Source of the DNA: Eledone cirrhosa
Taxonomy: Eukaryota
NCBI GenBank assembly: GCA_964016885.1
Contig: OZ024745.1
Span: 123,070,001 to 123,134,000, forward strand
DNA: 64,000 nucleotides
Direction of reading: 5' to 3'
Shown one piece after another: positions 41,704 to 54,599 of this stretch. Both the position numbers and the translations under genes were made by a program. The notes under the pieces were generated by a model. The model saw only the letters and a list, made by a program, of their open reading frames with translations. It did not search any database and was not told the DNA's origin. Every line of letters starts with the position of its first letter. Position 1 is the stretch's first letter.

Positions 41704-42137
41704 TAGAAAAGTGTATATATAATTGTTTCTACTTTTTGGCACAAGGCCAGCAATTACCCAGTAAATTACTGGTACTTTATTTTATCGACCCCATAAGGAT
41801 GAAAGGCAAAGTTAACCTCGGCAGGATTTGAACTCAGAATGGCAAGGGCCGTAACTCTATGCGTCAAAGCATGGCGTCCAACCCTCTACCGATACTGCCA
41901 ATCCACCACCTAGAAAAGTGTATATATAATTGTTTCTACTTTTGGCACAAGGCCAGCTATTATTCCAGTGCATTACTGGTACTTTATTTTATCGACCCCG
42001 TAAGGATGAAAGGCAAAGTTAACCTCGGCGGGATTTGAACTCAGATCATAAAGGGAGGTAACTCTATGCTTCAAAGCATGGCGTCCGACCCTTACCGATA
42101 CTGCCAATCCACCGCCCTAAAAAAGTGTATATATAAT
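41704..42137 (-). mobile_element. Two full-length family-B SINEs in tandem bracketed by three copies of a 20-bp target duplication
   Basis: TA(G/A)AAAAGTGTATATATAAT at 41704, 41911 and 42118. Confidence 0.85.
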
Positions 42138-42458
42138 GATGTTAAGATAGACATACATATACAAATAGACATACATACATACAGATATGTATGAAAAGAA
42201 TAGCAAGGAAAGAGTATTAGTTATTTTTTACACATTTCAGTCATATATATATATATATATGTATGTATATATACACACACACATATATATATATACACAT
42301 CCACACGCATAAACACACACATTCACACTGGCAGACATATATAAAGATATATCATCATCATCATCACCATTTAACGTCAATTTTTCCATGCTAGCATGAG
42401 TTAAACAAGTTGTCCAGTTGACTGTGTCTTGCTCATACATATTACATTTGTCTATATA

Positions 42459-42489
<31 letters not shown>

Positions 42490-42589
42490 TTAAAGGTTAA
42501 ACAAGGTTCAATGAATAAATCAAAGAATAAAGTTTTACAATAGATTAGAAGCGCTCCACAGCAAAAATGGTTTTCCGGAGTTATTAATA

Positions 42590-42867
42590 TTAATTCAAAA
42601 TATTAACAAAAATAGCTATCTTCAACAGTACATCCTCATCAGATAAAATAAGATGATGCATGACATACCCTGACTAAGTAGATGGCTGAATTTTAACCAT
42701 CTACCATGACTGAATTTTAACCATCTACTTAGTCAGGGTATGTCATGTATCATCTTATTTTATCTGATGAGGACGTACTGTTGAAGATAGCTCAGTACCT
42801 CTGAAACATGTATAATAAAATATACTTGATCACACGAATGTTTATTTTTGTTAATATTTTGAATTAA
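42590..42867. mobile_element. Fold-back element with hammerhead
   Basis: Arms 42614-42685/42721-42792 plus outer arms 42590-42614/42843-42867. Confidence 0.7.
42756..42822 (+). ncRNA. Minimal type-I hammerhead ribozyme
   Basis: TATTTTAT-CTGATGA-GGACGTACTG...CAGTACCTCT-GAAA-CATGTA-TA|ATAAAATA (perfect 8-bp stem I). Confidence 0.8.
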
Positions 42868-44875
42868 AATATATATAAATATGTATATATATATAAATAT
42901 ATTTTACCAATATATATATATATATATATTTTAATAAATTTTAATATATATATTTTATAAATATATATATTTTAATAAATATTGTCTGTACAGCTAATAG
43001 TGATTTAGAGCAATACAATGTGAAATATATAGAAAAGTTCACTATTATTTTGACCTAGTTCTCCACAGAACAGCTCGATGGTATTAGGTGTGAAAAATAC
43101 TTGTTTCAAAGCAATCTTATATACAATATGTTCGCCAACCAACAATATCCAAGTTGAACATGTTAAGCAATAGAGGAATTAGGGTACTCTGAAGCAGTGA
43201 CATAGCTAGAGTGTGTGCTGCCTGGGGCAGCCCTTTAGTTTGCCACCCTTGGGTTCCCACAAAAAATATACATATTGCTCAGTGACTCACTCTTAAAGTT
43301 ATATATATACTAGAAATGTTTTCCATATACTGACGCGTATGTGTAAATGTGTGTGCATATGTGTATGTGTATGTGCATATATTTATAGGTATGAGTATAT
43401 AAATACAAACGCGCAAATACAGACTCACTTACAAAAACATGCACTCACAGACATATATTTAAACAAACACAGACGTAAAGAGAGAGGAGTAGTATGAGGT
43501 AGTCAAGCTACTACTCTCTCTTTACCTGTTGTGACAGAATCAGAAAAATTTATATATATATATATATATATAATATATCAGTGGCAAAAGGTAACCTGGA
43601 AAGCAGGGCATGCAGTTAAATCGCCATGGGCTGCTGACTGCGAGGTTCCTCTCTTCACTGGCGGCTCGCCTAATAGAGGTAACTGGCGAATCTCGCGAGG
43701 GCGCTTGGTTGTTCCAGTGCATTAGCGTCGCCATCACCCGAGCCAATTCTGCGAGTGTGCTGGCTTGCATCAAAATTCATTAGAGAGGTTGCCCAGTACT
43801 CCTCGCGACATTGCTGTCTTTTGCTCTGGTCTTGGCTCGGTTATTCACCCCTTCCTTTATATTTTCTTTAATATTGTAATATTAAAAGAATATATCTTTC
43901 TGGAAGAATCGCGAGCAATTTATAATGTTATCTAAGCATTTGTAATGTTATTTATCTATATATTTAAAACATTTGTTATGTCATTCTACTGTAAATTTAT
44001 TTATATGCTCTGTATAATAAACATTTTACACTTCCTTGTTCAGATGTAGATTTCATAGACTACAACTACAACTGCACTTGTATACTAACATACAATAGTC
44101 AGATTAGTGAGGGCTCCTTTCTGGCCTTAAACAGAGGAATATGTTCAACACATCTCTACAAAAGTAATTTTTTCCCATGGAAGGAGGTGACTACAGAACT
44201 AATGTATAGACTGAGTAGCTGTGAGCTAAGTATTATTCTCATGGACACAGTGACATGTCGATGATCTGATACCAACTGCTAACCATCCAATATCACCAAT
44301 GGATGGTCATATGTATAATAATCACTGCAGAATAATATAGAAACTACGTAATATGATGGCTGCAGCCTGATGATGACCATCATCCTCATAACATTAATTG
44401 GTGTAGGTTGGTTGTTGTTTGGCTGTGAGAGTTGGGAAAAGGTTTTGAAGTAAACGTTTGGTTTTTACTTTGTGTGGCATATGTTGATGCCCTAAGGATA
44501 GACACAGGTCTCTTGGAGATGCAGGTGCATGGCAGATATGATGAGGGACAGAGACCGCTGAAGAGAACTCGTCCATGGATCTCGGGAATTTTACCCACCC
44601 TAGATAGAGATAGAAAGATGTGTGGCATGGTTCTGGTGAGCAGGGTTGACTAGGTTTATGGATTTTCTTTTACATTATAAACAACACAATATAATTATTC
44701 CATTTCAGGAAACTAGATGATCCTTACAGAAATGTCCAGCTTGTTCATCATGTAAAATAGCTCTACACTATACATAGAGCACTCTTCTTTCATTTACCTT
44801 TTCTACGGAAATACATAGCACACATATATAAATATATAGCTAAGGTTGTCAACTTATATATATCAATCTCTGTCA

Positions 44876-44922
<47 letters not shown>

Positions 44923-45011
44923 TCCATATATATATATGTATTATATACATATATATATATGTGGTCGCTTGGAGATGCAGGATATGGTGGTAATGATGAA
45001 GGATAGAAACC

Positions 45012-45169
45012 CAGGGCCGTCTTAACGCTTGGGCATGCTGGGCAGTTGCCCGGGGCCCCACGAGGATAGGGGGCCCATTTGTATTTTTATTCCTGTGAGT
45101 GGTTGTGTAGGTAGGGGCCCCAGTGCTCTGCTTTGCCCAGGGGCCTATAATGCTGTTAAGACAGCCCTG
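45012..45169. mobile_element. hAT-type MITE with 8-bp TSD
   Basis: TIR CAGGGCCGTCTTAAC/GTTAAGACAGCCCTG; TSD TAGAAACC/TAGAGGCC; empty paralogous site at ~44549. Confidence 0.85.
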
Positions 45170-45766
45170 TAGAGGCCGCTGGAGAGAACTCGTCCAATTC
45201 TTGGGAATTTTACCCGCCCTAGAGAGATATATATATGTGTATGTGTGTGTGTATATATGTGTATATATACATGTGTGAGTGTGTGTGTGTGTGTATATAT
45301 GTGTATATATACATGTGTGAGTGTGTGTGTGTGTGTATATATGTGTATATATACATGTGTGAGTGTGTGTGTGTGTGTATATATGTGTATATATACATGT
45401 GTGAGTGTGTGTGTATATATATATATATATGGGATAACAAGCTATCATTTTAGGTAATCCGGTTAAAGGTTGTGAGTACTCTGTACTATGGATAGTTTTA
45501 ACGTACGGCGTTGTTTGACTCAACAAGAGGTTTCCTTAGTTAGGTAACAAGTTTGTGACAATTCCTATACAGGTCATTCTTGGAGTAATAATAGTGAAGG
45601 AGTGAAGAATAACATGGTTGGCTGTACAAAAGGTTTTTATTTACAGTATTAACAATTGTTTCATTGATGAGGTGAGTCTAAATGCTGCTGATCAAGAAAC
45701 AATTGTTAATACTGTAAATAAAACCCTTTTTGTACAGCCAACCATGTTATTCTTCACTCTTTCACT

Positions 45767-45804
<38 letters not shown>

Positions 45805-46092
45805 TTTATGTCTGCTTTTCCCTGCTTGCAAGGGTGGGACGGGAACTGATTCTGGCTTGATTTCTACAGCTGGATGCCCTTCCTAACACCAACCCCATTT
45901 ACAGTGAGTGCTGGGTGCTTTTTTGCCGTGGCACCTCCACGACCACTTTGCAGTGGAATGATAGGCACCACAGTCCCTATCATCTCATTTCTACAGCTGA
46001 GTAAACTGGAGCAATGTGAAATAAAGTGTCTTGCTCAAGGAAACAACACATCACCTGGTCTGAGAATTGAACTCACAACCTTTCTATTGCAA
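45767..46092 (-). mobile_element. SINE family A, head truncated
   Basis: Matches other A copies. Confidence 0.85.
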
Positions 46093-46603
46093 TAAATATA
46101 TATATATATATATATATGAAATTATGCAATGTAAATCATGTTATGTTATATAATAATAATAATAATGAAATTATTGTGTAAAGTGCTCAGGTGCACCACA
46201 ACTCGTCAATATAGTACATAGAATAATACACAAATGTCAGGGAAACAACAACTAAGCAACTGAGTGACAGTCTTAAACAAGGTGCAATAATTTACAGGTT
46301 TGATATAACCTGTCTTACAACAAACATATTTAAGTTGACCATATTATGCTGAAAGAACTCAGTACAAGAAGCATGTAACTCCAAACTGAGTGTGTAAATT
46401 GACAGAACCCATTATATTCATATAAAGAAAGTGTATGCAAATCTATGTATGTTTTTCTTTCTTCATCAATTCATACATGTATAAGTATGTATATAGTATG
46501 TATATAGTATGTATAAGTATGTATATAGTATGTATATAGTATGTATATATTAAGTATATCTATACAGTCACAAGCATATATACTCAAAAAGACATGCACA
46601 CAC

Positions 46604-46672
<69 letters not shown>

Positions 46673-46833
46673 CATATACACATATATATATACATATGCA
46701 CACATATATATACATATACACACATATATATACATATAAACATATACATATATATATACATATACACACACACATATATATATATATAAATACATACATA
46801 TATACATATAAATATATATATATATACATATAC

Positions 46834-46865
<32 letters not shown>

Positions 46866-47253
46866 ATATATATATATACCCAAGTCAATGGGAAAGATTA
46901 TATTAGTGTGTATGACATTATTGTCCATATTTATATGGATCCATTCTGTAAGCAAATTTCCTTTCCCTGAATACCAACGCAACACATGCTGCTACATCTC
47001 ATATAAAGCACACACCAAACACACCTTTTGTAACACTTGTACGCATATAAGTTTCCTGTGTTCTCTTCTTAATTGAAAATATATGAAAGTCAATGTAATC
47101 ATTGGTCTCTGAAGCTGTCAAACAACCTGAAATGTTTGAAGGTTGCTGGTGTTTCTATTGGTGTATAGTTATCAGGGGTATATAAATATATAAATATATA
47201 AATATTTAAATATATAAATGCACACAGATATACAAACATATATAGATAGATAC

Positions 47254-47286
<33 letters not shown>

Positions 47287-47547
47287 TATATATATATAGA
47301 TACATACATATATATATATCTATATATATATATTTCGTTTCTGAATTTGTTTAGCAAGATTCTTTATCTGAAATCGTGTGTTGAAACCGATATTGTTATA
47401 CTTTGGGAGGGTCATGTTGCCAATAAGAAACACACGCACCAGTTGCTTTCACTTCAATTTATTATATATTTATAAATTTACAAATTTATAAATTTATAAA
47501 TTTCTGGTTGGTTGGTTGGTTCCACAACCAGATAGTTGTTTATATAT

Positions 47548-47592
47548 AGTCATAGTCCTTTCGTCACACACTCTATGACCTCTTCAGTAACT
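47548..47592 (-). ncRNA. Minimal hammerhead ribozyme motif (family H)
   Basis: AGTTA-CTGAAGA-G-GTCATA-GAGTG-TGTGAC-GAAA-GGAC-TA|TGACT. Confidence 0.7.
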
Positions 47593-47661
47593 GGGGATTC
47601 CTTTCTTTGTTTCTGTGCCTCCCCTTTCTCTGTCCTACGCCATTTTGTTTCTCAAATCCCC

Positions 47662-47706
47662 AGCCACTGAAGAGGTCACAGAGTGTGTGACGAAAGGACT
47701 ATGACT
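47662..47706 (+). ncRNA. Minimal hammerhead ribozyme motif (family H)
   Basis: AGCCA-CTGAAGA-G-GTCACA-GAGTG-TGTGAC-GAAA-GGAC-TA|TGACT. Confidence 0.68.
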
Positions 47707-47860
47707 ATATATAAACAACTATCTGGTTGTGAAACCAACCAACCAACCAGAAATTTATAAATTTATAAATTTGTAAATTTATAAATATATAATAAATTGA
47801 AGTGAAAGCAACTGGTGCGTGTGTTTCTTATTGGCAACATGACCCTCCCAAAGTATAACA

Positions 47861-47893
<33 letters not shown>

Positions 47894-47932
47894 GATACAT
47901 ATATATATCTATATATATATATATATAGATAC

Positions 47933-47971
<39 letters not shown>

Positions 47972-48011
47972 ATATTAAATAAATGGAAGCTATATTTAAA
48001 AAGAAAATATT

Positions 48012-48076
48012 TATATTATTATATATATTTCAAGGGTAACCAAGACAACATTGGTACGCTTTCATCAGATAAAATA
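48012..48076 (-). ncRNA. Minimal type-I hammerhead ribozyme
   Basis: TATTTTAT-CTGATGA-AAGCGTACCAA...TTGGTTACCCTT-GAAA-TATATA-TA|ATAATATA. Confidence 0.78.
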
Positions 48077-48446
48077 CAAAGTTTGTTTTATAAATAGAGA
48101 CATACCCATAAAAAATCATACCTTATTGGTTGGAAATTGGCTGGATAGTGGAAATATATTAGGGATTATTGAAACTTATATGTGAATATGCAAATTTATG
48201 TACTTATATATATATATATATATTGAGTGAGAGAGAGAGAGAAGGAATGTGAGAGGGGGGTGAGCAAAAGAAGTGGAAGTAGGAGACAGGCTAGAGGTAA
48301 CACTACACATATATATGAAACAATAAATCTGTGTATATCTACACATTACTTTGATATTTTCAGAGACAGCAAGAAATCACTGTTTTGGGAGGTTTCTTTG
48401 CTCTTCTATGTAGAAGTCCAACCCTCTCTGTACTTATATATACACA

Positions 48447-48761
48447 TATTGGCCTTGCAATCAAAAGGTTGTGAGTTCAATTCTCAGACCGCGTGATGTG
48501 TTGTTTCCTTGAGCAAGACACTTTATTTCACATTGCTCCAGTTTACTCAGCTGTAGAAATGAGATGATAGGGACTGGGGTCCATATCATTCCACTGTAAA
48601 GTGGTCGTGGAAGTGTGACGGCAAAAGAGCACCCAGCACTCACTGTAAATGAGGTTGGTGTTAGGAAGGGCATCCAGCTGTAGAAATCAAGCCAGAATCA
48701 GTTTCCATCTCACCCTTGCAAGCAGGGAAAAAGCGGACGTAAAATGAAATGATGATGATGA
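48447..48761 (+). mobile_element. SINE family A
   Basis: Matches other A copies. Confidence 0.85.
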
Positions 48762-48801
48762 TATATAAACATGTTTATATTTGGATGTCTGTTTACAACA
48801 G

Positions 48802-48848
<47 letters not shown>

Positions 48849-48854
48849 CTGACA

Positions 48855-49181
48855 AAGTGTGGTAAGGAACCAGGTGGACCATAGCGCACCAGAGTACTCG
48901 ATACCTAGAGTAGTAGAGTGGGAAATAGGAAAAGTGTCAGAACACAAATGGCTGAGCTCCGGCCGTTTCTGGACTAGATTCCTATATATATATTTATACA
49001 CACACACACACATATATCATCATCATCATCATCATCCATCTTCCATGCTAGCATGGGTAGGACGAGCTATCCCGTTGTAAGGAATCAGGTCAGGGGACCA
49101 AGATTTACTCACACAAAACTGATTTGGGCTACATATATATATACACACACATATATATATATATATATGTGTGTGTGTATA

Positions 49182-49255
<74 letters not shown>

Positions 49256-49463
49256 ACCCTTGCAAGCAGGGAAAAGCAGACGTAAAGTGATGATGATTAT
49301 ATATATATATATATATATATAAGAACCAGTAAGACCCCGACAGCTGAGCTCAAGCCGTTTCGACGGGGTCTTACTGGTTCCTATTACCCACTCTACTACC
49401 CCAAGTATTGAGTACTTTGGTGCGTTATGGTCCACCTGGTTCCTTACCACATTTCCTTCGTTA
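48855..49463. mobile_element. Cluster of Penelope-like P1 termini (48855-48983 minus; 49321-49463 plus with 16-bp fold-back)
   Basis: Shared ACTCTACT..C.AAGTAT.GAGTACT.TGGTGCG.TATGGTCCACCTGGTTCCTTACCAC. Confidence 0.6.
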
Positions 49464-50237
49464 TATATATATATATATTTATATATATATGCTGCTATTT
49501 CTAGCATATTGAGAAACTACATAGAGGTATAGTCTTCATCCTCATTGATGTCATTCTAGCTTGCAGTGTTTTATATATTGATACATATATATATAAGAGA
49601 ATAAATGAGATTAGAGATAGAATCATATACAGATACATACCTAAGCAGATTAACTCCCTATCAATATTGGTTATTGACTATCTTATATATAGTCAAATAG
49701 ATAAAAAATGACAGGAAAAAACATTGAACCTTGCTATAAACTATTGTAGTTTCTGTAGAGGGCTGGAGTGTGAGATGTCCCCGTTGAAGTGTAGCGAAAA
49801 AGAGAGGGGGGACAGGGGCAAGAAGGGGGGGATATATATATATATATATATATATAGTAATAATTGTTTCTACGTTAGACACAAGGCCAGCAATTACCCA
49901 GTGTATTACTGGTTATAGTAATAATAAATGTGAAGACTAACCCATGCTAGCATAGAAGATGGACGTTAAACGATGATGATGATGATGATATATTTGTAAA
50001 TATATATATTTGTATATATATATATATATTTGTATATATATATATACATATGTATATATATATATACATATATATACATATACATATGTATATATATACA
50101 TATATATATACATGCATATATATGTACACACATATATACATTCATGTATATATACATATATATATATACATGTATATATATACATGTATATATATATACA
50201 TGTATGTATATATATATATATATACATGTATATATAT

Positions 50238-50478
50238 AATCTTCAGGTTCATATTCCGTGGTGACAGTCAAGTTTGCAATTTTCAACTGTTGAAAATTGC
50301 AAACTTGACTGTCACCACAGAATATGAACCTGAAGATTGCAAAAGCATGAAAGTACTTGTTCAATTAACACTTAACAGTTAATATTCTACCATACTATTT
50401 CATTCTAATACCATTATAAATTTTAAAGGATTGTAAATAAAACGAGTAAATCAGACAAAGTCGGAATTCCTTTTATTA
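50238..50478 (+). mobile_element. Fold-back element (50-bp arms 50238-50287/50289-50338) with hammerhead
   Basis: Near-perfect palindrome flanked by (TA)n. Confidence 0.7.
50325..50363 (+). ncRNA. Very compact (39-nt) hammerhead motif with palindromic GTAC stem III
   Basis: TGAAC-CTGAAGA-TTGC-AAAA-GCAT-GAAA-GTAC-TT|GTTCA. Confidence 0.78.
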
Positions 50479-50570
50479 ATATATATATATATATATATAT
50501 ATATCGTTTCTGAATTTGTTTAGCAAGATTCTTTATCTGAAAATGTGTGAAAACGAGAAAAGAATCCCCA

Positions 50571-50613
50571 GTCACTGAAGAGGTCACAGAATGTGTGACG
50601 AAAGAACTATGAC
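50571..50613 (+). ncRNA. Minimal hammerhead motif (family H, within rearranged element 50504-50763)
   Basis: GTCA-CTGAAGA-G-GTCACA-GAATG-TGTGAC-GAAA-GAAC-TA|TGAC. Confidence 0.7.
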
Positions 50614-50803
50614 AATATATGAACAACCATCCGGTTGTGGAAGCAACCAACCGGAAATTTATAAATTCTTAAATTTATAAATTTAACTTATAATAAATTG
50701 GAGTGAAAGCAACTGGTGCGTGTGTTTCTTATTGGCAACATGACCCTCCCAAAGCATAACAATATATATATATATATATATATATAGTAATAGTAATAAT
50801 AAT

Positions 50804-50856
<53 letters not shown>

Positions 50857-51257
50857 TATACATGTATCATCACCATCATCATCATCGATTAATGTCTATC
50901 TTCCATGCTAGCATGGGTTGGACGGGTTTATCCCATTTAGAGGGTTGGGTGACCCTGTCTCACTCATATAGGAGTGTTTCTGGCTGGTTGCCCTTCCTAA
51001 CGTTTAATTAGGGAAAGTTAGTTGATTTAGAATCAGCCAACATATAACAGATGTCAAGCACTCAACAGTTTATGTTTATCTGGAGTTTTGTTATAATAAT
51101 AAACAAATAAGACAGTTACTTTAGTCCATCTCTATTTATTTTATTATACGTATTTCAAACATATATGGCTTATGTATAACATAAGTCAAAACATATATAT
51201 TATATATATATGATATATATATAATATATAATATATATAATATATAATATATATATC

Positions 51258-51536
51258 TAAGTCTAAAGTCTGTCTGAAGCCAGAAGGCTCATCAGGTTGG
51301 TGTTTATCCCGGTTTCATGGCATGAAGCGACTGAGAGTACAAGACTCCCCCCTGGACAGGACGCCAGTCCATCACAGGTTTAAACCTCCAGCTATTACTG
51401 GTACTCATTTTCAGCTGAGTATACTGGAGCAACGTGAAATGAAGTGTTTTGCTCAAGAACACAACACACAACCCAGGAATCGAACCCACAACATTATGGT
51501 CGTAAGTCCAACACCCTTACCACTAGGCCACGTACC
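51258..51536 (-). mobile_element. tRNA-derived CORE-like SINE of another subfamily (GATGGACTGGCGTCC...GAAACCGGGATAA body)
   Basis: A box TGGCCTAGTGG, B box GGTTCGATTCC, CORE-like block; diverged relative at 12510-12720. Confidence 0.75.
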
Positions 51537-52122
51537 TTTTTTTTTAGTGTGTGTGTGTCTGTGTCTTTTTGTGTGTCTGTGTGTGTTTGTGTGTGACAGC
51601 TCACACCTATGCAGGTTTAGCTGGCCTCTTCCAAGGTATATCTCGTTGGAGGTGTCTTGGGTAATTTAATGATAGGGACCCCAGTCCCTATCATCTCATT
51701 TCTACAGCTGAGTAAACTGGAGCAACGTGAAATAAAGTGTCTTGCTCAAGGAAACAACACATCACCTGGTCTGAAAATTGAACTCACAACCTTTCGATTG
51801 CAAGCCCAATGCTCTAACCACTAAGCCATGCGCCTTCACTGTTTGTATGCGTGTCTATGTGTGTCTGTTTGTGTGTGTCTGTGTGTGTATGTATGAGTGT
51901 GCCTGTGTGTATGTGAAGTGTTTGTCCCTCACCAATGTTATTACAGTGTAAACCCCAATGTGATAGATTTCAGAATGAAATGTTAGTAAATATGAAGAGA
52001 GAAAGGCTGTGTTGAAACAAGCACAGCTCTGTTAAGTAATGACTTAAATAAATCACATCTACATACATAGCATATAACTAGTATATATATATATACTAGT
52101 TATATATACATACACACATCTT

Positions 52123-52164
<42 letters not shown>

Positions 52165-52214
52165 AATGTGTATATATATATATACATACATATATATACA
52201 CACACACGCAAGTT

Positions 52215-52279
<65 letters not shown>

Positions 52280-52282
<3 letters not shown>

Positions 52283-52400
52283 TAACCATAGTAAGTAAGG
52301 TATTCAATACATAGTAGAGTATATACCAAATTTAATATAGAATATAGAAATGGCTCCTACAGAACTAGAACTGTTTCATTCGAATGAAACAGTTCTAGTT
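52280..52400 (-). mobile_element. Penelope-like family P2 terminus ending in a perfect 38-bp palindrome
   Basis: Palindrome 52363-52400; contains hammerhead 3' half GAAA-CAG...CTG-TA. Confidence 0.6.
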
Positions 52401-52848
52401 TAATCTCTTCTTCATTCACCTTATATAATTTAATCTCTTCTTCATTCACCTTATATCCTTAATATTTAAATTTTAATAATACATAATAAATTCCTTTTCG
52501 CACATTTTATTAAACCCTTCAATATATAAACCTTAAATAAATACTATTCTTAATTCCTTTTTCTTTAATCATAAACATCACCATTCATAAACCTCATTAA
52601 CTTTTAATTTCAACATTTTTTTAAATTATGTATTATCTTACAACGGTTTTTTTTAATTTTCTCTGTGAGACAGTGTTTCTCAGTATTAAAGGCTATCTCT
52701 CCCTCTCTCTCACTCATTTCTCCTCCTCTCTCATCCTTCCTTCTTATACTCCTCCCCCGTCATCCTTTATTTTCTTTCTTCCTCTTCCGCACCTTCCCCC
52801 CCCCCCTTCTCCTTTTTTTTCCCAATCTCATATATCCATCTTACTTTA

Positions 52849-52919
52849 TTTTTCATATGATGAGAATGCAAATATCATCCCATGATGATATTTGCTTTTG
52901 AAATGCGCATAATAAAATA
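52849..52919 (+). ncRNA. Hammerhead motif, core mutated (C3>A)
   Basis: TTTTCAT-ATGATGA-GAATGCAAATATCATC-CCAT-GATGATATTTGCTTTT-GAAA-TGCGCA-TA|ATAAAATA. Confidence 0.72.
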
Positions 52920-53084
52920 CATGGAACTCTTTTAACCATCTTTTGATCTTATATTATATATATACATATATATATATATATACACATATATATATGTATA
53001 TATATATATATAAAATCAAGGTTTAGCAAATAGAGAAAAAGTTTTAAAATAAATTTTTAAAAGTTCACTGTACTTACTATTTGT

Positions 53085-53169
53085 GCCTTTATTGCACGAT
53101 TTCAAACCCCAAAATAAATAGATAATCCAAACGGATTTCCATTGAGAAAGGGAATTTTCGTCAGACGGC
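53085..53169 (-). ncRNA. Hammerhead motif with long stem II
   Basis: GCCGT-CTGACGA-AAATTCC...GGGGTTT-GAAA-TCGTGCAA-TA|AAGGC. Confidence 0.62.
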
Positions 53170-53570
53170 TTTTCTCAGTCGGAGAATGAAATTCTCGAGT
53201 TCAAATCACAAACTGGCGCCATACAAAACTGTTCCCGAATGAGAGTGATATATCTATATATATCTATATATATATATATATATATATTGATTATATATAT
53301 ATTGACTATATATATTACTTGACTAATAGTTTCTATCATTTGATTGGTACTTTATTCTATCATTTGATTGGTACTTTATTCTATCATTTGATTGGTACTT
53401 TATTCTATCAACCATTGGAAGGTTAAAAGACAAATTTGTCCTCACTGAGATTAGAACTGAAATTTGATCTGGCAGTGCTGCAATATTCTATCAGGTTTTG
53501 GTTGATGGAATGGGATCAATTATATAGATTCCAGTATTGGAACATATTCTATTAACCCATATTCTATTAA

Positions 53571-54562
53571 CCCTTTAGTATTTACATTACTCTATATTTA
53601 CTATTGTATTTTCATGATAAAGACTTTACCTCACATAACATTTACATTACTCTATATTTACTATTGTATTTTCATGATAAAGACTTTACCTCACATAACA
53701 TTTACATTACTCTATATTTACTATTGTATTTTCATGGTAAAGACTTTACCTCACATAACATTTACATTACTCTATATATACTATTGTATTTTCATGGTAA
53801 AGACTTTACCTCACATAACATTTACATTACTCTATATTTACTATTGTTTTTTCATGGTAAAAACTTTACCTCACATAACATTTACATTACTCTATATTTA
53901 CTATTGTATTTTCATGGTAAAGACTTTACCTCAAATAACATTTACATTACTCTATATTTACTATTGTATTTTCATGATAAAGACTTTACCTCACATAACA
54001 TTTACATTACTCTATATTACTATTGTATTTTCATGGTAAAGACTTTACCTCACATAACATTTACATTACTCAATATTGTATTTTCATGGTAAAGATTTTA
54101 CCTCACATAACATTTACATTACTCTATATTTACTATTGTATTTTCATGGTAAAGACTTTACCTCACATAACATTTACATTACTCAATATTTACTATTGTA
54201 TTTTCATGGTAAAGACTTTACCTCACATAACATTTACATTACTCAATATTTACTATTGTATTTTCATGGTAAAGACTTTACCTCACATAGCATTTACATT
54301 ACTCTATATTTACTATTGTATTTTCATGGTAAAGACTTTACCTCACATAGCATTTACATTAGTCTATATATACTATTGTATTTTCATGGTAAAGACTTTA
54401 CCTCACAAATTATTTCACATAATATCGAATCTATGAGATTTTTATGTTGTTTATTTTGAGAACAATACTTTAAAATCAGTATGAGTGGCCAGTTAAGTTC
54501 AGTGTGAACAGAAAGAGTTCAGAGAATTCTGGTCGGATATGGCTGGTTTAAATGCTAAAGGG
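53571..54562. mobile_element. Family-M TTAA MITE with an internal 60-bp unit amplified ~14x
   Basis: Intact TTAA-CCCTTTAG...CTAAAGGG-TTAA ends; array 53581-54410. Confidence 0.9.
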
Positions 54563-54599
54563 TTAAAGCAGAATTTCAACTCAAATAATTAAAAATAAT

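Larger units (their letters stand above)
47335..47865. mobile_element. Family-H fold-back element (~205-bp arms), one hammerhead per arm
   Basis: Arms ~47391-47599/47655-47863, flanked by (TA)n; homologous to 50504-50763 and 56097-56646. Confidence 0.8.

Noticed and set aside
47105-47145. CTGAAG...GAAA possible hammerhead
   Set aside because: Core incomplete (CTGAAGC) and stems not convincingly paired
51270-51320. CTGATGA-GCC..GGC and GAAAC on the minus strand as a hammerhead
   Set aside because: GAAA does not follow stem II and stems I/III cannot be formed; part of a SINE body
53581-54410. CRISPR-like regular array
   Set aside because: Whole 60-bp units repeat with no unique spacers, no cas genes, eukaryotic context; MITE-derived
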